A stretch of DNA of 64,000 nt from an uncultured SAR86 cluster bacterium (GCA_902626385.1 CACOEZ010000003.1:53148-117147); one strand, 5' to 3'. Positions 8,423 to 20,484 are shown, counted from the stretch's first letter. Translations and numbers: made by a program. Notes: generated from the sequence alone by a model not told the origin.

Positions 8423-10927
8423 TCACACAACCAATTTGAGTTCCTTTATAAGCTTCTTAATTTTAGTATTTGATATGATCTTATTTTGCATGTTTACTAT
8501 TTCAAAAGTATCCTCAACTCTTTCACCAAGTGTGTTTATTCTTGCGCAAAATATTGAAATTTCATTTTCATGAAATACCTTTGCTATTTTTGCCAAGAGC
8601 CCAACACTATCAGAAGTTTCTATGGTAATCATGTTTCTTTGCTTCTCATGATTAATTGAATGAGATATCTCAACAATTTTTTTAAAACTAAGGTTTTTTT
8701 GATTTTGTGCCTCGGGTAATTCTGAAATATTCTTAAAATTTTTAAAGTTCTTTTTAATTCTTTCAGAAAGTTCAATTAATTCAGATTTATTCAATTGCCT
8801 ATCATGAGGACTATATTTTGTAATAAATGTATTTGCTGCAACTAAGTTATCATTTGATGAAAAAATATTTGCGTCTATTACATTTAAACCAGAATGCTCT
8901 AGGACCTTAGCAAGCTTATGAAAGAGTCCGTCCGAATTATTAACTTTTATAAATATTTCAATAAGTTCATCAAATTTTCTTCTACAACCTACTATAAATT
9001 CATCCTCTTTACTTTTGGTCAATAGTTCTATCTGCCAAGTCAATACTTCAGTACTATTCTTGGTAAAATAATATTCATCGAATGAATCCAAATGCTGTAA
9101 AGTTGCGTCTTTATTTTTATGTTTATTTGATAGATGTAAAATTTTATTTTTTCTTTCACTGGCAATTTCAGAAAACGCCTTTTCAGGCTCTTTATTTAAC
9201 TTAGACCTTGTAAGAATGTATAAATCCCTTAAAAGCTGGTGTTTCCAGCCGTTCCATAATTTAGGATTGGTAGACTTTATATCATTTATTGTCAATAGAT
9301 AAAGATAGTCTAGTCTCTCATTAATCTTCACTTCATTTGCAAAATCTTCAATGGTTTTCGCATCAGATATATCTCTTTTTTGTGATACTGAGGACATAAT
9401 TAAATGTTTTTTTACAAGCCATGAAATTAGGCTAGCATCTGTGTCAGACATACCTAATCTTTTAGCAAATTTATAGCTTGTTTTTGCACCAATTTCAGAA
9501 TGATCACCTTTTTTTCCTTTACCAAGATCATGAAAAAGGCCTGCAATATAAAGAATTTCAATTTTGGGCAACTTATTAATTAATTCATTTTCAAGTTTAT
9601 ATTCTTGCTGCTCAAGAGTTTTCATTTCCCTCATACTTTTAACAACTTTAAAGGTATGCTCATCAACTGTATAAACATGAAAAAGGTCAAATTGCATTTG
9701 ACCAATGACATCTTCAAATTCTGGTATATATTTTTGGAGAATTCCTGTGTTTTTTAGAATATTAAGTATTGAGGAAAGATTATGTTTAGAACGTAAAATC
9801 TCCAGAAATTGATTTGCATATTTTTTATTTTTCCTAAAATTAGCATCAATTAAATCTACATTCTTTTTAAGGAATGCCATTGTTTTTGTATCCAAACCAT
9901 TTATTGATTTATTAGAACCCATCTCAAGAAACAATTTGAAGACAAGTGATTTATTGAGTTTATGTTTTTCATCAAGACCTATCTTATTTTTTAAAAAATA
10001 AATATCTTTGTTTTGAGGTTTAATTTTTAAATTTTCTTCCTCAAAAGTTTCAAATACTAAATTATTAAAATAAGACAAAGATGATGCCATTTCATAAAAA
10101 CTTTTCATCATTTCCTCAACAGCTTTATTTGAATTATATAATTTGAGCTTTGCTAATTTTGATATATCTAGCTGTGATTCAAAGTTTAATCTATTTCCCT
10201 TGTTAATAATGTTTAAAGCGAATCTGAGAGTTTTGATGAAGTCATAACTTTTAGAAGCTAATTTAAATTCATCTTTAAATATTGGAGAATCTTTGATAGA
10301 TTTTATATTTGAAAAACTAAAGCAATGTTGAAGTATCCACAAAGCAGTTTGAAAGTCTCTAAGTGTGCCTGGTGATTCTTTTAAATTTGGCTCGAGATTG
10401 AATGATGTTGAATGATACTCCCTATGTCTAATAATCTGTTCATCCTTTTTAGCTTTGTAAAATTTTTCTTTTGACCAAAGTGATGAAAGAGTTTTTGAAA
10501 TTTCGTCATCAATTTTCTTTTCAGATACGAGGGGTCTTCTTGTTAAGTATGATGTATATTCCTTTACATCTGCCTTTGCAATTTTTCTTAAATCTTTAAT
10601 TGACCTAACTGAATGGCCTACATCGAAGCCTTTATCCCAAAGGCCGCTTATAAATGTTTCAAGGCTCTCAAAATTTTTTATTCTTGATTTTTCTACGATA
10701 GAAATATCAATATCTGATGAAGGAAAAATTTCTTTTCTGCCAAAACCACCATTTGCATATATACAGAAATTACCTTCAAGGCCAAGATCTAGAAATGACT
10801 TTTTAATATCTTTTTCAATAGCCTCTGAATTTTTTTTTAAATAAAAATTAATTTTTTTGGGATTTTGATAAATTTCGGCGAAGTTCTTTACAAAGTTTTG
10901 ATTTATCTTCTCAGAACTTTCTAACAT
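8423..10927 (-). CDS. glnD: bifunctional [protein-PII] uridylyltransferase/uridylyl-removing enzyme
   Basis: Nucleotidyltransferase N-terminus, HD domain (HDLGKGKKGDHS) and C-terminal ACT-like repeats. I prefer the ATG at 10925-10927, which overlaps the map stop (TAATG), over the track start at 10996. Confidence 0.9.
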   Translation of the reverse strand: MLESSEKINQNFVKNFAEIYQNPKKINFYLKKNSEAIEKDIKKSFLDLGLEGNFCIYANGGFGRKEIFPSSDIDISIVEKSRIKNFESLETFISGLWDKGFDVGHSVRSIKDLRKIAKADVKEYTSYLTRRPLVSEKKIDDEISKTLSSLWSKEKFYKAKKDEQIIRHREYHSTSFNLEPNLKESPGTLRDFQTALWILQHCFSFSNIKSIKDSPIFKDEFKLASKSYDFIKTLRFALNIINKGNRLNFESQLDISKLAKLKLYNSNKAVEEMMKSFYEMASSLSYFNNLVFETFEEENLKIKPQNKDIYFLKNKIGLDEKHKLNKSLVFKLFLEMGSNKSINGLDTKTMAFLKKNVDLIDANFRKNKKYANQFLEILRSKHNLSSILNILKNTGILQKYIPEFEDVIGQMQFDLFHVYTVDEHTFKVVKSMREMKTLEQQEYKLENELINKLPKIEILYIAGLFHDLGKGKKGDHSEIGAKTSYKFAKRLGMSDTDASLISWLVKKHLIMSSVSQKRDISDAKTIEDFANEVKINERLDYLYLLTINDIKSTNPKLWNGWKHQLLRDLYILTRSKLNKEPEKAFSEIASERKNKILHLSNKHKNKDATLQHLDSFDEYYFTKNSTEVLTWQIELLTKSKEDEFIVGCRRKFDELIEIFIKVNNSDGLFHKLAKVLEHSGLNVIDANIFSSNDNLVAANTFITKYSPHDRQLNKSELIELSERIKKNFKNFKNISELPEAQNQKNLSFKKIVEISHSINHEKQRNMITIETSDSVGLLAKIAKVFHENEISIFCARINTLGERVEDTFEIVNMQNKIISNTKIKKLIKELKLVV

Positions 10928-11694
10928 TAAATTTCTTCTTTTCTCCTTGTAAGAATTTCTGCACCATTTTTTTGAACAGCAATTGTGTGCTCCCATTGTG
11001 CAGAGTTTCTTCCATCTCGTGTTTCAACAGTCCATCCATCTTTCAAAGTTTTACAATATTTTGCACCTTGATTGATCATTGGCTCGATCGTGAAGCACAT
11101 TCCTTCTTGAATCTTTATACCTTGACCTTTTTTTCCATAGTGAAGAATTTGTGGCTCTTCATGATAAACATTTCCAATTCCATGACCACAATATTCTTCA
11201 ACAACGCTGTAGTAATTTTTTTCAGCATGTTGCTGTATAGCGTGACCAATATCTCCAAGATATGCCCCAGGTTTTACAGCTTCAATTCCTTTATAAAGAC
11301 ATTCCTGAGTAACTTTTACCAATCTTTCATTATGAGGCGCACATTTTCCAACAAGAAACATCTTTGAAGTATCACCATGCCAACCATCTTTTATAACTGT
11401 TACATCAATGTTTAAGATATCACCTGCTTTAAGGATTTTATTTTTATCAGGAATTCCGTGGCATATGACTTGATTAACACTAGAACAAATTGTTTTTTCG
11501 TAACCCTTATAACCAACATTAGCAGGTATTGCATTTTGGACATTTACTATATGATTAAAACAAATTTCGTCTAATTCCCCAGTGGAAACCCCAGGAACAA
11601 CATAAGGCACAATCATTTCTAAAACTTCAGCTGCCAGACCGCCAGCAACCCTCATTTTTTCTATATCTGCGTTATTTTTTAAAGATATTTTCAT
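10927..11694 (-). CDS. map: methionine aminopeptidase type I
   Basis: 255-aa ORF that looks like MetAP-I throughout (…CHGIPD…, …GHGIG…, …FTIEPM…). Confidence 0.95.
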   Translation of the reverse strand: MKISLKNNADIEKMRVAGGLAAEVLEMIVPYVVPGVSTGELDEICFNHIVNVQNAIPANVGYKGYEKTICSSVNQVICHGIPDKNKILKAGDILNIDVTVIKDGWHGDTSKMFLVGKCAPHNERLVKVTQECLYKGIEAVKPGAYLGDIGHAIQQHAEKNYYSVVEEYCGHGIGNVYHEEPQILHYGKKGQGIKIQEGMCFTIEPMINQGAKYCKTLKDGWTVETRDGRNSAQWEHTIAVQKNGAEILTRRKEEI

Positions 11695-11847
11695 TTTTTT
11701 TCAATTACATCTAGACATAACATGACTTAATCTATAAAGTACAATTTTAATGTCAGCATGTTATTTTAGCTCATTAAATACTAAAAATTCTTTTAATAGT
11801 TTACCCAAAATTTACTCTCTTATTTCCTATTTTATGGTGATTTTATA

Positions 11848-12969
11848 ATGTCTTTTCCATCTATATTGGCTTTCGAGGACGGTAGTGTATTCCATGGCAT
11901 TGGTTATGGCAAAGAAAAATATGATGTTGGTGAAATTGTTTTCAATACATCAATGTCAGGGTATCAAGAAATAATTACAGATCCATCATATAAGAAACAA
12001 ATTATTACATTTACTCATCCTCATATTGGAAATACAGGAACCAATCCTGAAGATAATGAGTCTAATATGGTTCACGCATCAGGCGTTGTTGTTAAGAACT
12101 TTTGTGAAAAACCAAGTAATTGGAGATCCTCTAAGACTCTAGAAGAATTTTTGCTTGAAAACGATGTTATGGCTATTTCGAATGTTGATACAAGACAAAT
12201 CACATCAATTTTAAGAGAAAAGGGCGCTCAAAATTGTTGTATTGGATCACTTTCTAAAATTACAGAACAGGATGCTGTAAAAAAGGCTAAGGAATTTTCT
12301 GGTCTTAAAGGTTTGGACTTAGCAAAAGTTGTTTCAACTGAAAAATACTTCATTTGGGATGAGGGCACTTGGCCAAATCATTCTCAATCAAAAATCGATT
12401 ATCCTGTAGTGGCATTGGATTTTGGAATTAAAAAAAATATTCTAAGACTATTATCAGACAGCGTTGGAAAAGTTCATGTTTTAAATGCAAAAACATCATA
12501 CGATGAAATTATTCGGCTTAATCCAAAAGGCCTTTTCTTATCAAATGGTCCAGGGGATCCAGAGCCATGTGATTACGCAATAGAAAATATAAAAAAATTC
12601 CTTGAAAATAAAATTCCAATTTTTGGAATTTGTTTAGGACATCAATTATTAGCCTTAGCTGCAGGAGCAAAAACTTTTAAGATGAAGTTTGGTCATCATG
12701 GAGCAAATCATCCCGTTCAAGATTCTCATACAAAAGAAGTATTTATAACTAGCCAAAATCATGGATTTGCAGTTGATATAGATACACTTCCTAAAAATGT
12801 AAAAATCACGCATAAATCACTTTTTGATAAATCACTTCAAGGAATTGAGCTCACAGACAGGCCAGCTTTCAGTTTTCAAGGCCATCCTGAAGCAAGTCCT
12901 GGTCCAAGAGAAATTCAAATTTTGTTTAAAAAATTTCATGCAATGGTAGAAGAGTATGCCAAGACGTAA
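11848..12969 (+). CDS. carA: carbamoyl-phosphate synthase small (glutaminase) subunit
   Basis: 373-aa ORF with the GATase active-site motif GICLGHQLL. It is followed by carB with a 14-nt overlap. Confidence 0.95.
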   Translation: MSFPSILAFEDGSVFHGIGYGKEKYDVGEIVFNTSMSGYQEIITDPSYKKQIITFTHPHIGNTGTNPEDNESNMVHASGVVVKNFCEKPSNWRSSKTLEEFLLENDVMAISNVDTRQITSILREKGAQNCCIGSLSKITEQDAVKKAKEFSGLKGLDLAKVVSTEKYFIWDEGTWPNHSQSKIDYPVVALDFGIKKNILRLLSDSVGKVHVLNAKTSYDEIIRLNPKGLFLSNGPGDPEPCDYAIENIKKFLENKIPIFGICLGHQLLALAAGAKTFKMKFGHHGANHPVQDSHTKEVFITSQNHGFAVDIDTLPKNVKITHKSLFDKSLQGIELTDRPAFSFQGHPEASPGPREIQILFKKFHAMVEEYAKT

Positions 12970-15900
12970 AGATATTTCATCAATATTAATTATTGGAGCA
13001 GGGCCTATTATTATTGGTCAAGCATGTGAGTTTGACTATTCAGGTGCTCAAGCATGCAAGGCTCTCAAGGAGGAGGGGTTTAGAGTTATCTTAGTCAATT
13101 CAAATCCTGCAACAATCATGACAGATCCCTTGCTTGCTGATGCGACATATATTGAGCCAATTCACTGGGAATCTGTCGCTAAAATTATTGAAAAAGAAAA
13201 ACCTGATGCAATTTTACCGACTATGGGAGGACAAACTGCTCTAAATACCGCTTTAACATTAGACAAGAAAGGCATTCTAAAAAAGAATAATGTTTTTTTA
13301 ATTGGAGCGAACAGGGAAGCTATCGATAAGGCAGAAGATAGACAATTATTTGATGAAACAATGCAGAAGATTAATCTTGAAACTCCTGCTTCAGGAATAG
13401 CTCATTCAATGGAAGATGCAATTGAGGTTCAAAAGGAAATTGGGTTCCCTTGTATTATTAGGCCCTCATTTACTATGGGTGGAACAGGCGGAGGGATTGC
13501 ATACAATATCGCTGAATTTCGAACTATTTGTGAAAAAGGATTGGAACTATCTCCTACAAATGAATTATTAATAGATGAGTCTCTGATTGGCTGGAAAGAA
13601 TATGAAATGGAAGTTGTAAGAGATTGTGAAGATAATTGCATAATTATTTGTTCAATAGAAAATTTTGATCCAATGGGCATTCATACTGGAGACTCAATAA
13701 CAATTGCCCCTGCACAAACACTTACTGATAAAGAATTCCAAATTATGAGAGATGCTTCATTTAAGATTCTCAGAGAAATTGGCGTTGACACTGGAGGATC
13801 TAATGTTCAATTCGCTGTAAATCCTGAAAATGGAAAAATGGTTGTCATTGAAATGAATCCCAGAGTCAGCAGATCATCAGCGTTAGCATCAAAAGCAACT
13901 GGTTTTCCTATTGCAAAAGTTGCAGCTTTATTGTCTGTAGGTTACACACTAGATGAACTCAAAAATGATATTACAGGGGGCCTCACCCCAGCGTCATTTG
14001 AACCAAGCATTGATTATATTGTTACAAAAATACCAAAATTTGCATTTGAAAAGTTTCCACAAGCTAGTCCTAAATTAACAACTCAGATGAAATCAGTTGG
14101 AGAGGTTATGTCAATAGGTTCTAATTTTCAAGAATCTCTTCAAAAAGCGCTTTGTAGCATGGAGGAAGGTCTGGACGGACTTAACTCAATGCAAAAAGAA
14201 AATACTGTAATTTCTGAGGAAACATATGTAAATGAAATGACCATTCCTGGTCCCAAGAGAATTTTTTATGTTGCTGATGCAATGAGAGTAGGTTGGAGCA
14301 TTGAGAAAATTCATAACCTCACTAGAATCGATTATTGGTTTTTAGATCAATTATATGAGCTTATTAAAATTGAAATGAAGCTCAGCAAACAATCAATAAA
14401 TGAACTTGACCTTGAAAGCTTAAAAAATTACAAAATCAAAGGCTTCTCAGATAGTAGAATTGCATCACTAGTAAAAGCTTCCGAGGAGGAAATAAGATCT
14501 CTAAGAAAAAATAATAATATAAAACCTGCGTATAGAAGAGTTGACACATGTGCTGCTGAGTTTGCTACTTCAACTTGTTACATGTACTCAACCTATGATG
14601 ATAAATGTGAAGCTGAACCATCTAATAAAGAGAAGATTCTTGTATTAGGAAGTGGGCCTAATAGGATTGGACAAGGAATCGAATTTGACTATTGTTGCGT
14701 TCATGCATCGTTAGCTATGCAAGAAGAAGGATATGAATCAATCATGGTTAACTGTAATCCTGAGACTGTATCTACTGATTACGATGTCTCAAATAGATTA
14801 TATTTTGAACCAATAACTGCCGAAAGAATTTTAGATATTATTGAAATTGAAAACCCATTTGGTGTTGTTATTCAATTTGGTGGACAAACTCCACTCAAAC
14901 TTGCAGATATTTTATCCGATAAAGGTGTAAATATTTTAGGGACTAATGTAGATGCAATTGACAGATCTGAGGATCGTGAGAGATTCCAAGAATTGGTAAA
15001 TAAGCTGGAATTGAAGCAACCATCTAATTCAACTGCAAAGAATGTAAGCGAAGCTATGGAAAAAGCCAATGAGATTGGTTTTCCAATTGTTGTAAGGCCC
15101 TCATACGTTCTTGGAGGAAGAGCAATGCAACTTGTTAATAACTTGCAAGAGTTAGAAAAATATCTAACCGAGGCAGTTGAGGTTTCAAATAGCAAACCTA
15201 TATTGCTTGATAGTTACTTAACTGATGCTATCGAGGTAGATGTTGATGTGGTTTCTGATGGTCACGAAATTCAAATTGGCGGAATTCTGCAACATATTGA
15301 ACAGGCCGGCATTCACTCTGGTGATTCAGCATGCTCTTTGCCCCCATACAGCCTATCGATGGATATTCAATCTGTTATGACTGATCAAGCAATAAGTATT
15401 GCCAAAGAATTAAATGTTATTGGATTGATGAATATTCAATTTGCAGTTAAAGATAATGAAGTTTTTATTATTGAAGTAAATCCTCGTGCATCTAGAACAG
15501 TACCTTTTATATCAAAAGCAATTGGTAATTCACTAGCCAAAGTTGCTTCAAAAGCAATGATCGGAAAAAGTTTAAGTGAGCAAAATTTTTCTTCAAAACT
15601 TCCTAATAATTTATTTTTTGTAAAAGAGGCTGTAATGCCATTTGATAAATTTCCTCATGTTGATCCAATACTTGGGCCTGAAATGAAATCTACAGGTGAA
15701 GTCATGGGTATAGGACCAAATTTTGGTGAAGCATATGCAAAAGCACAAAAAGGAGCAAATAAAATTCTAAGACGCGGCGGTAAAGTTTTTATAAGTGTCA
15801 AAAAAACTGATAAAAAATACCTTAATGATTTTGTACCGGCAATCATTGAAGCAGGTTTTGAGGTAGTTGCTACTTCTGGAACTGCAAAACATATTGAAGA

Positions 15901-16168
15901 CTTAGGTTATAAAGTTAAAAAAGTTAATAAAGTTATGGAAGGAAGGCCACATATTGTTGATAGCTTACTAAATAATGAAATAGATTTAGTAATAAATACA
16001 ACTGAGGGATCTCAATCTATTGTGGACTCTGCTTCAATTAGACAAAGCGCACTTAGAAACAAAATCTTTTGTACCACTACAATGTTTGGTGCTTTTGCAA
16101 TCATTGATGCCTTAAAAGGTTCCGAAGATCAATGGACATATACGACACTTCAGGAATTAAATAATTAA
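12956..16168 (+). CDS. carB: carbamoyl-phosphate synthase large subunit
   Basis: 1070-aa ORF. The N-terminus [30 protein letters not shown] is near-identical to the CarB consensus, and the ATP-grasp halves are duplicated. Confidence 0.97.
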   Translation: MPRRKDISSILIIGAGPIIIGQACEFDYSGAQACKALKEEGFRVILVNSNPATIMTDPLLADATYIEPIHWESVAKIIEKEKPDAILPTMGGQTALNTALTLDKKGILKKNNVFLIGANREAIDKAEDRQLFDETMQKINLETPASGIAHSMEDAIEVQKEIGFPCIIRPSFTMGGTGGGIAYNIAEFRTICEKGLELSPTNELLIDESLIGWKEYEMEVVRDCEDNCIIICSIENFDPMGIHTGDSITIAPAQTLTDKEFQIMRDASFKILREIGVDTGGSNVQFAVNPENGKMVVIEMNPRVSRSSALASKATGFPIAKVAALLSVGYTLDELKNDITGGLTPASFEPSIDYIVTKIPKFAFEKFPQASPKLTTQMKSVGEVMSIGSNFQESLQKALCSMEEGLDGLNSMQKENTVISEETYVNEMTIPGPKRIFYVADAMRVGWSIEKIHNLTRIDYWFLDQLYELIKIEMKLSKQSINELDLESLKNYKIKGFSDSRIASLVKASEEEIRSLRKNNNIKPAYRRVDTCAAEFATSTCYMYSTYDDKCEAEPSNKEKILVLGSGPNRIGQGIEFDYCCVHASLAMQEEGYESIMVNCNPETVSTDYDVSNRLYFEPITAERILDIIEIENPFGVVIQFGGQTPLKLADILSDKGVNILGTNVDAIDRSEDRERFQELVNKLELKQPSNSTAKNVSEAMEKANEIGFPIVVRPSYVLGGRAMQLVNNLQELEKYLTEAVEVSNSKPILLDSYLTDAIEVDVDVVSDGHEIQIGGILQHIEQAGIHSGDSACSLPPYSLSMDIQSVMTDQAISIAKELNVIGLMNIQFAVKDNEVFIIEVNPRASRTVPFISKAIGNSLAKVASKAMIGKSLSEQNFSSKLPNNLFFVKEAVMPFDKFPHVDPILGPEMKSTGEVMGIGPNFGEAYAKAQKGANKILRRGGKVFISVKKTDKKYLNDFVPAIIEAGFEVVATSGTAKHIEDLGYKVKKVNKVMEGRPHIVDSLLNNEIDLVINTTEGSQSIVDSASIRQSALRNKIFCTTTMFGAFAIIDALKGSEDQWTYTTLQELNN

Positions 16169-16177
16169 TTATTTAGT

Positions 16178-16186
16178 TGTTATAAT
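16178..16186 (+). promoter_or_regulatory. putative extended -10 promoter TGTTATAAT, 6 nt upstream of the greA ATG
   Basis: A perfect TGnTATAAT sits in the 24-nt carB-greA spacer. No Shine-Dalgarno lies between it and the ATG at 16193. Confidence 0.45.
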
Positions 16187-16192
16187 CAATTA

Positions 16193-16669
16193 ATGAGCAG
16201 AATTCCACTTACAAAAGATGGAGAGATTTTATTAAAAGAAAAACTTTCTAACTTAAAATTTGTTGAAAGACCACAAATATCTCAGGCTATTGCTGAAGCA
16301 AGAGCTCATGGTGACTTAAAGGAAAATGCTGAATATCATGCAGCTAAAGAACTTCAAGGTTTAGTAGAAGCAAAAATTAGTGAAATGGAAAATACTCTTG
16401 CAAATGCACAAGTAATTGACGTCAAAGAAATTCCTGAAACTGGAAGAGTTGTATTTGGATCTACAGTTAAAGTTTATGATGTTGATAAAGAGAAAGAGAT
16501 TACATATAAAATTGTTGGAAATTTAGAGTCAGATCCTGAAAATGGTGAGATTTCAATTGATACTCCAATTGCGAAATGTATGGTTGGAAAATTTGTTGAC
16601 GATGAGATTGATATTCAAACTCCCTCAGGAAATCTGAGATATGAAATATTAGAAGTTAAGCACATTTAA
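16193..16669 (+). CDS. greA: transcription elongation factor GreA
   Basis: 158-aa ORF with the motif GDLKENAEYHAAKE. Confidence 0.95.
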   Translation: MSRIPLTKDGEILLKEKLSNLKFVERPQISQAIAEARAHGDLKENAEYHAAKELQGLVEAKISEMENTLANAQVIDVKEIPETGRVVFGSTVKVYDVDKEKEITYKIVGNLESDPENGEISIDTPIAKCMVGKFVDDEIDIQTPSGNLRYEILEVKHI

Positions 16670-16672
16670 AGT

Positions 16673-17239
16673 ATGCATGCTGATAGTTGGGCCATAAAAG
16701 CAAAAAAACTTGGCTACCGTTCTAGAGCTGTATTTAAATTAGAAGAAATTTTAAACAAACTGCATAAAAAAAAATCTCTTAAGAATGTTTTAGATCTTGG
16801 ATCTGCACCAGGCGGATGGTCACAATATATCTCAGTAAATTATCCAAGCACAAAAGTCATAGCTATTGATGTATTAGATATGCAGCCAGTCGAAAAAGTA
16901 ACTTTTATAAAAGACAGCATTGAAAACATTGAAAATATAGATGAAATAAAAATTATTAAAGGTAGATTTGATCTTGTAATTTCAGATATAGCCCCAAACT
17001 TGACTGGTATAAACACAGTTGATGATGAAAATATTCTTGAACTTAATTTACTCTCAGTAAACATAGCTGAAAAATATTTAACAGATCAAAATGCTGCAGT
17101 TGTGATTAAAACTTTTCAAAATAATAATTTAAAAAGTTTGAGAAAACATATGGAATTATTTTTTAAGATAGTTCAAACTTATAAACCTGCAGCGTCAAAG
17201 AACAAATCAGCTGAAATTTATCTATACGGAGCGAGATAA
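16673..17239 (+). CDS. rlmE: 23S rRNA (uridine2552-2'-O)-methyltransferase
   Basis: SAM-binding motif DLGSAPGGWSQY. The gene precedes ftsH as in the canonical order. The N-terminus is about 20 aa shorter than in E. coli. Confidence 0.9.
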   Translation: MHADSWAIKAKKLGYRSRAVFKLEEILNKLHKKKSLKNVLDLGSAPGGWSQYISVNYPSTKVIAIDVLDMQPVEKVTFIKDSIENIENIDEIKIIKGRFDLVISDIAPNLTGINTVDDENILELNLLSVNIAEKYLTDQNAAVVIKTFQNNNLKSLRKHMELFFKIVQTYKPAASKNKSAEIYLYGAR

Positions 17240-17242
17240 AAT

Positions 17243-19150
17243 ATGAATAGTGTCATGAGAAATTTAGTTGTCTGGGTAGTGCTTGGTTCCTTAATGGTTT
17301 ACGTTTTTAATAACATTGAAAACTCAACTGCACGAGAACAAATAAGCTATAGCCAATTTAAACAGGAGGTCTTATCAGACAGAATTGCAAAAGTAGTTTA
17401 TAAGGGCGATCAGATGACAATCATTGGTGACAGGCTTGATGGATCTAAGTTTGAGACAACTCACCCAATCTTTAAAAAAGATGAAGCTGTAGATAATGCT
17501 ATTGAAGAAAATGGTGTTATTGCTGTTTACGAAAAAGTCGAACAACCATCACTATTTTCTCAGTTATTAGTTGGCGCGTTTCCTATAATTTTACTTTTAG
17601 CAATATTTTTCTTCTTTATGAGACAGATGCAAGGTGGTATGTCAGGAAAAGGCGGGCCGATGTCATTTGGAAGAAGTAAGGCCAAATTAATGGAGGGTGG
17701 AAAAGTAAAAACAACTTTTAAGGATGTTGCTGGTTGTGAAGAAGCAAAACAGGATGTGCAAGAGTTAGTAGATTTTTTAAAAGACCCAACTAAATTTCAA
17801 AAACTTGGAGGAAAAATCCCTAGGGGTGTTTTGATGGTTGGTCCTCCTGGAACAGGGAAGACTCTTATAGCTAGAGCTGTTGCAGGAGAGGCAAAAGTAC
17901 CATTCTTTACAATATCAGGTTCAGATTTCGTTGAGATGTTTGTCGGGGTTGGAGCATCTAGGGTTAGAGATATGTTTGATCAAGCAAAAAAACAATCTCC
18001 TTGTATAGTTTTTATTGATGAAATAGATGCTGTTGGTAGGCATAGAGGTGCTGGTCTTGGCGGTGGTCATGACGAAAGAGAGCAAACACTTAATCAGTTA
18101 TTGGTTGAAATGGATGGTTTTGAAGGAAATGATGGAGTTATTGTAATTGCTGCTACAAATAGACCCGATGTTCTAGATCCTGCACTATTGAGACCTGGTA
18201 GATTCGATAGGCAGGTTGTTGTCGACTTACCAGACATAAGAGGAAGAGAAGCAATTCTTAAAGTTCATATGAGAAAAGTTCCGTTGGATGCTGATGTTGA
18301 TCCACTTGTCATAGCAAGAGGAACCCCAGGATTTTCTGGAGCTGACCTAGCCAATCTTATCAATGAGGCTGCTTTATTTGCTGCGAGATATTCTGACAAA
18401 AAAATAGACCAATCTCATTTAGATTTAGCAAAAGATAAAATTATGATGGGAGCTGAGAGAAAATCGATGATCCTTAGCGAAGAGCAAAAAAGAATTACGG
18501 CATATCACGAAGCTGGCCATGCGATAGTTGGCAGACTTTCACCAAAACATGATCCTGTATACAAAGTAACAATTATCCCTAGAGGAAGAGCACTTGGAGT
18601 GACTATGTTTCTCCCAGAAGAAGACACATACATGCAAAGCAAAGAATATCTGGAAGGAAGAATTGCAGCATTATTCGGGGGTAGAATTGCCGAAAGTATT
18701 ATTAATGGTGATAAAGGTATTACAACAGGAGCTTCAAATGATATTGAAGTTGCGACAAACATAGCAACTAACATGGTAACAAAATGGGGACTTTCAAAAG
18801 CTGTTGGTCCTTTGAAATATGGTGAAGATGAGGGAAGCCCTTTTTTAGGAAGATCAGCTACTGCACCAGCACAAAATATAAGCGGAGAAACAGCTAAACT
18901 TATTGATAAAGAAGTTAAATCAATTATCGACACCTGCTATGCAAAGGCAGAGAATATACTCAAAGAAAATCTAGATAAATTGAATATCATGGCTGATGCT
19001 TTGTTAAAATATGAGACCATTGATGCAGATCAAATCGATGACATTATGGCAGGAGCATCTCCACGTGAGCCTAAGGGTTGGTCGGATGACAGTCCAAAGG
19101 GCAAATCAACTAAAAAAACTTCAATAAAAGGTGCTGCAGAAGAGTTATAA
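17243..19150 (+). CDS. ftsH: ATP-dependent zinc metalloprotease FtsH
   Basis: Walker A motif GPPGTGKT, zinc site HEAGHA and two N-terminal TM segments. Confidence 0.97.
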   Translation: MNSVMRNLVVWVVLGSLMVYVFNNIENSTAREQISYSQFKQEVLSDRIAKVVYKGDQMTIIGDRLDGSKFETTHPIFKKDEAVDNAIEENGVIAVYEKVEQPSLFSQLLVGAFPIILLLAIFFFFMRQMQGGMSGKGGPMSFGRSKAKLMEGGKVKTTFKDVAGCEEAKQDVQELVDFLKDPTKFQKLGGKIPRGVLMVGPPGTGKTLIARAVAGEAKVPFFTISGSDFVEMFVGVGASRVRDMFDQAKKQSPCIVFIDEIDAVGRHRGAGLGGGHDEREQTLNQLLVEMDGFEGNDGVIVIAATNRPDVLDPALLRPGRFDRQVVVDLPDIRGREAILKVHMRKVPLDADVDPLVIARGTPGFSGADLANLINEAALFAARYSDKKIDQSHLDLAKDKIMMGAERKSMILSEEQKRITAYHEAGHAIVGRLSPKHDPVYKVTIIPRGRALGVTMFLPEEDTYMQSKEYLEGRIAALFGGRIAESIINGDKGITTGASNDIEVATNIATNMVTKWGLSKAVGPLKYGEDEGSPFLGRSATAPAQNISGETAKLIDKEVKSIIDTCYAKAENILKENLDKLNIMADALLKYETIDADQIDDIMAGASPREPKGWSDDSPKGKSTKKTSIKGAAEEL

Positions 19151-19159
19151 TTCTTTTCC

Positions 19160-20482
19160 ATGAATCTTAAATTTGGCACCGATGGTATTAGGGGACCTGT
19201 CGAAAGTGTTATAACACCCGAAGCTTGCCTTAAAATTGGCCACGCAACTGGTTTGGCTATGAAAGAGTTGGGCTGGAATACTGTAGTAATTGGAAAAGAT
19301 ACAAGAATTTCTGGATATATGCTTGAGGCAGCTCTTCAAGCAGGTTTCATTGCTTCTGGAGTAAATGTGAGATTGTTAGGCCCTCTACCTACGCCAGGGG
19401 TCGCTTACCTAACTAAAACACTTAGAAACAAGTTTGGTGTTGTTATTAGTGCTTCACATAATGATTTTTTAGACAATGGTATTAAGATTTTTAACGAAGA
19501 TGGAGAAAAAATATCAAGAGATGTTGAGAAAAGAATTGAAAAATATCTTTCAGGAGATCTTTTATCAGTTAAAACAGAGTCAATTGGTAAGGCATATAGA
19601 TTTGATGAATCTGGCCCAAGATATATTGAATTCTGTAAGTCAACAGTACCTCCAGAGATTAATTTTTCGTCTTTAAGAGTGGTTCTTGATTGTGCAAATG
19701 GTGCTTGTTACAGGGTCAGTCCAGAAGTATTCGAAGAATTAGGCGCAGAAGTAATATGTATTGGAACAGATCCGGATGGTTATAACATCAATAAAGATTG
19801 TGGTTCCACACATCCAAATATTGTAAAAGAAGCAGTTATCAATCATAGAGCAGATTTTGGAGTATCTCTTGATGGCGATGGAGATAGAGTTATTCTTGTT
19901 GATGAAAAAGGAAATATTCTTGACGGAGATGATCTCCTTTATATCTTAGCTTTTGCTAATCCTAATAGAACAGGCGCTTGGTCTGGAGTTGTTGGCACAA
20001 AGATGAGTAATCTTGGATTAGAGGATGGAATCAAAAAATTAGGCTACAAATTTATAAGAGCCGATGTAGGCGATAAATATGTAAGTGATATGCTAACAAA
20101 AAAAGGATGGATGTTAGGTGGTGAAACATCGGGACATATTATTTGTAAGGATCTTGTGAGCACTGGTGATGGAACTATTGCTGCACTTAAGGTGATCTCT
20201 TCATTGCTAATGTTAGAAAAAAAACCAAGTGAAGTTTTAGCAAATTATACAAAGATTCCTCAGATTAATATCGCTGTCCCAGTTAAAAATAAAGATATTG
20301 TTAATGATAAAGATTTACAATCTTTAATAAAAGAAATTGAATCTGATATGACCATTGGGCGAGTATTAGTAAGGCCATCTGGTACCGAATCTAAAATTAG
20401 GATCATGATTGAAGCACCTCAAATTGAGGTAGCGGAGAAATTTGCAATCGATATCGAATCTTTAATATTAAAAAAATCATAA
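19160..20482 (+). CDS. glmM: phosphoglucosamine mutase
   Basis: Active-site motif ISASHN, plus DGDGDR and GGETSGH motifs. Confidence 0.95.
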   Translation: MNLKFGTDGIRGPVESVITPEACLKIGHATGLAMKELGWNTVVIGKDTRISGYMLEAALQAGFIASGVNVRLLGPLPTPGVAYLTKTLRNKFGVVISASHNDFLDNGIKIFNEDGEKISRDVEKRIEKYLSGDLLSVKTESIGKAYRFDESGPRYIEFCKSTVPPEINFSSLRVVLDCANGACYRVSPEVFEELGAEVICIGTDPDGYNINKDCGSTHPNIVKEAVINHRADFGVSLDGDGDRVILVDEKGNILDGDDLLYILAFANPNRTGAWSGVVGTKMSNLGLEDGIKKLGYKFIRADVGDKYVSDMLTKKGWMLGGETSGHIICKDLVSTGDGTIAALKVISSLLMLEKKPSEVLANYTKIPQINIAVPVKNKDIVNDKDLQSLIKEIESDMTIGRVLVRPSGTESKIRIMIEAPQIEVAEKFAIDIESLILKKS

Positions 20483-20484
20483 AT

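Noticed and set aside
10928-10996. N-terminal extensions of track ORFs overlap the upstream gene. These are glnD to 10996, pth to 32285, RDD to 4787, acyl-CoA ligase from 40504, rpsI from 59989, petB from 61055, rimP from 21815, prs to 33875 and nitroreductase to 40513.
   Set aside because: Homology to known N-termini, internal ATGs with Shine-Dalgarno or stop/start overlaps (TAATG, ATGA), and non-ATG codons at the track starts all favour the shorter versions given in the feature list.
11844-11849. A TATAAT hexamer immediately at the carA start (TTTTATAATG).
   Set aside because: It overlaps the start codon itself, so it cannot be the carA -10. I could not identify convincing ARG-box, PurR-like or other operators in the 153-nt map/carA spacer by eye.
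19174-19189. A TGGCAC hexamer at the start of glmM, together with other TGGCAC occurrences inside infB-region, prfA and zapE coding sequence, considered as possible sigma-54 -24 elements.
   Set aside because: None is followed by TTGC at the correct 5-nt spacing, and all lie inside coding regions.
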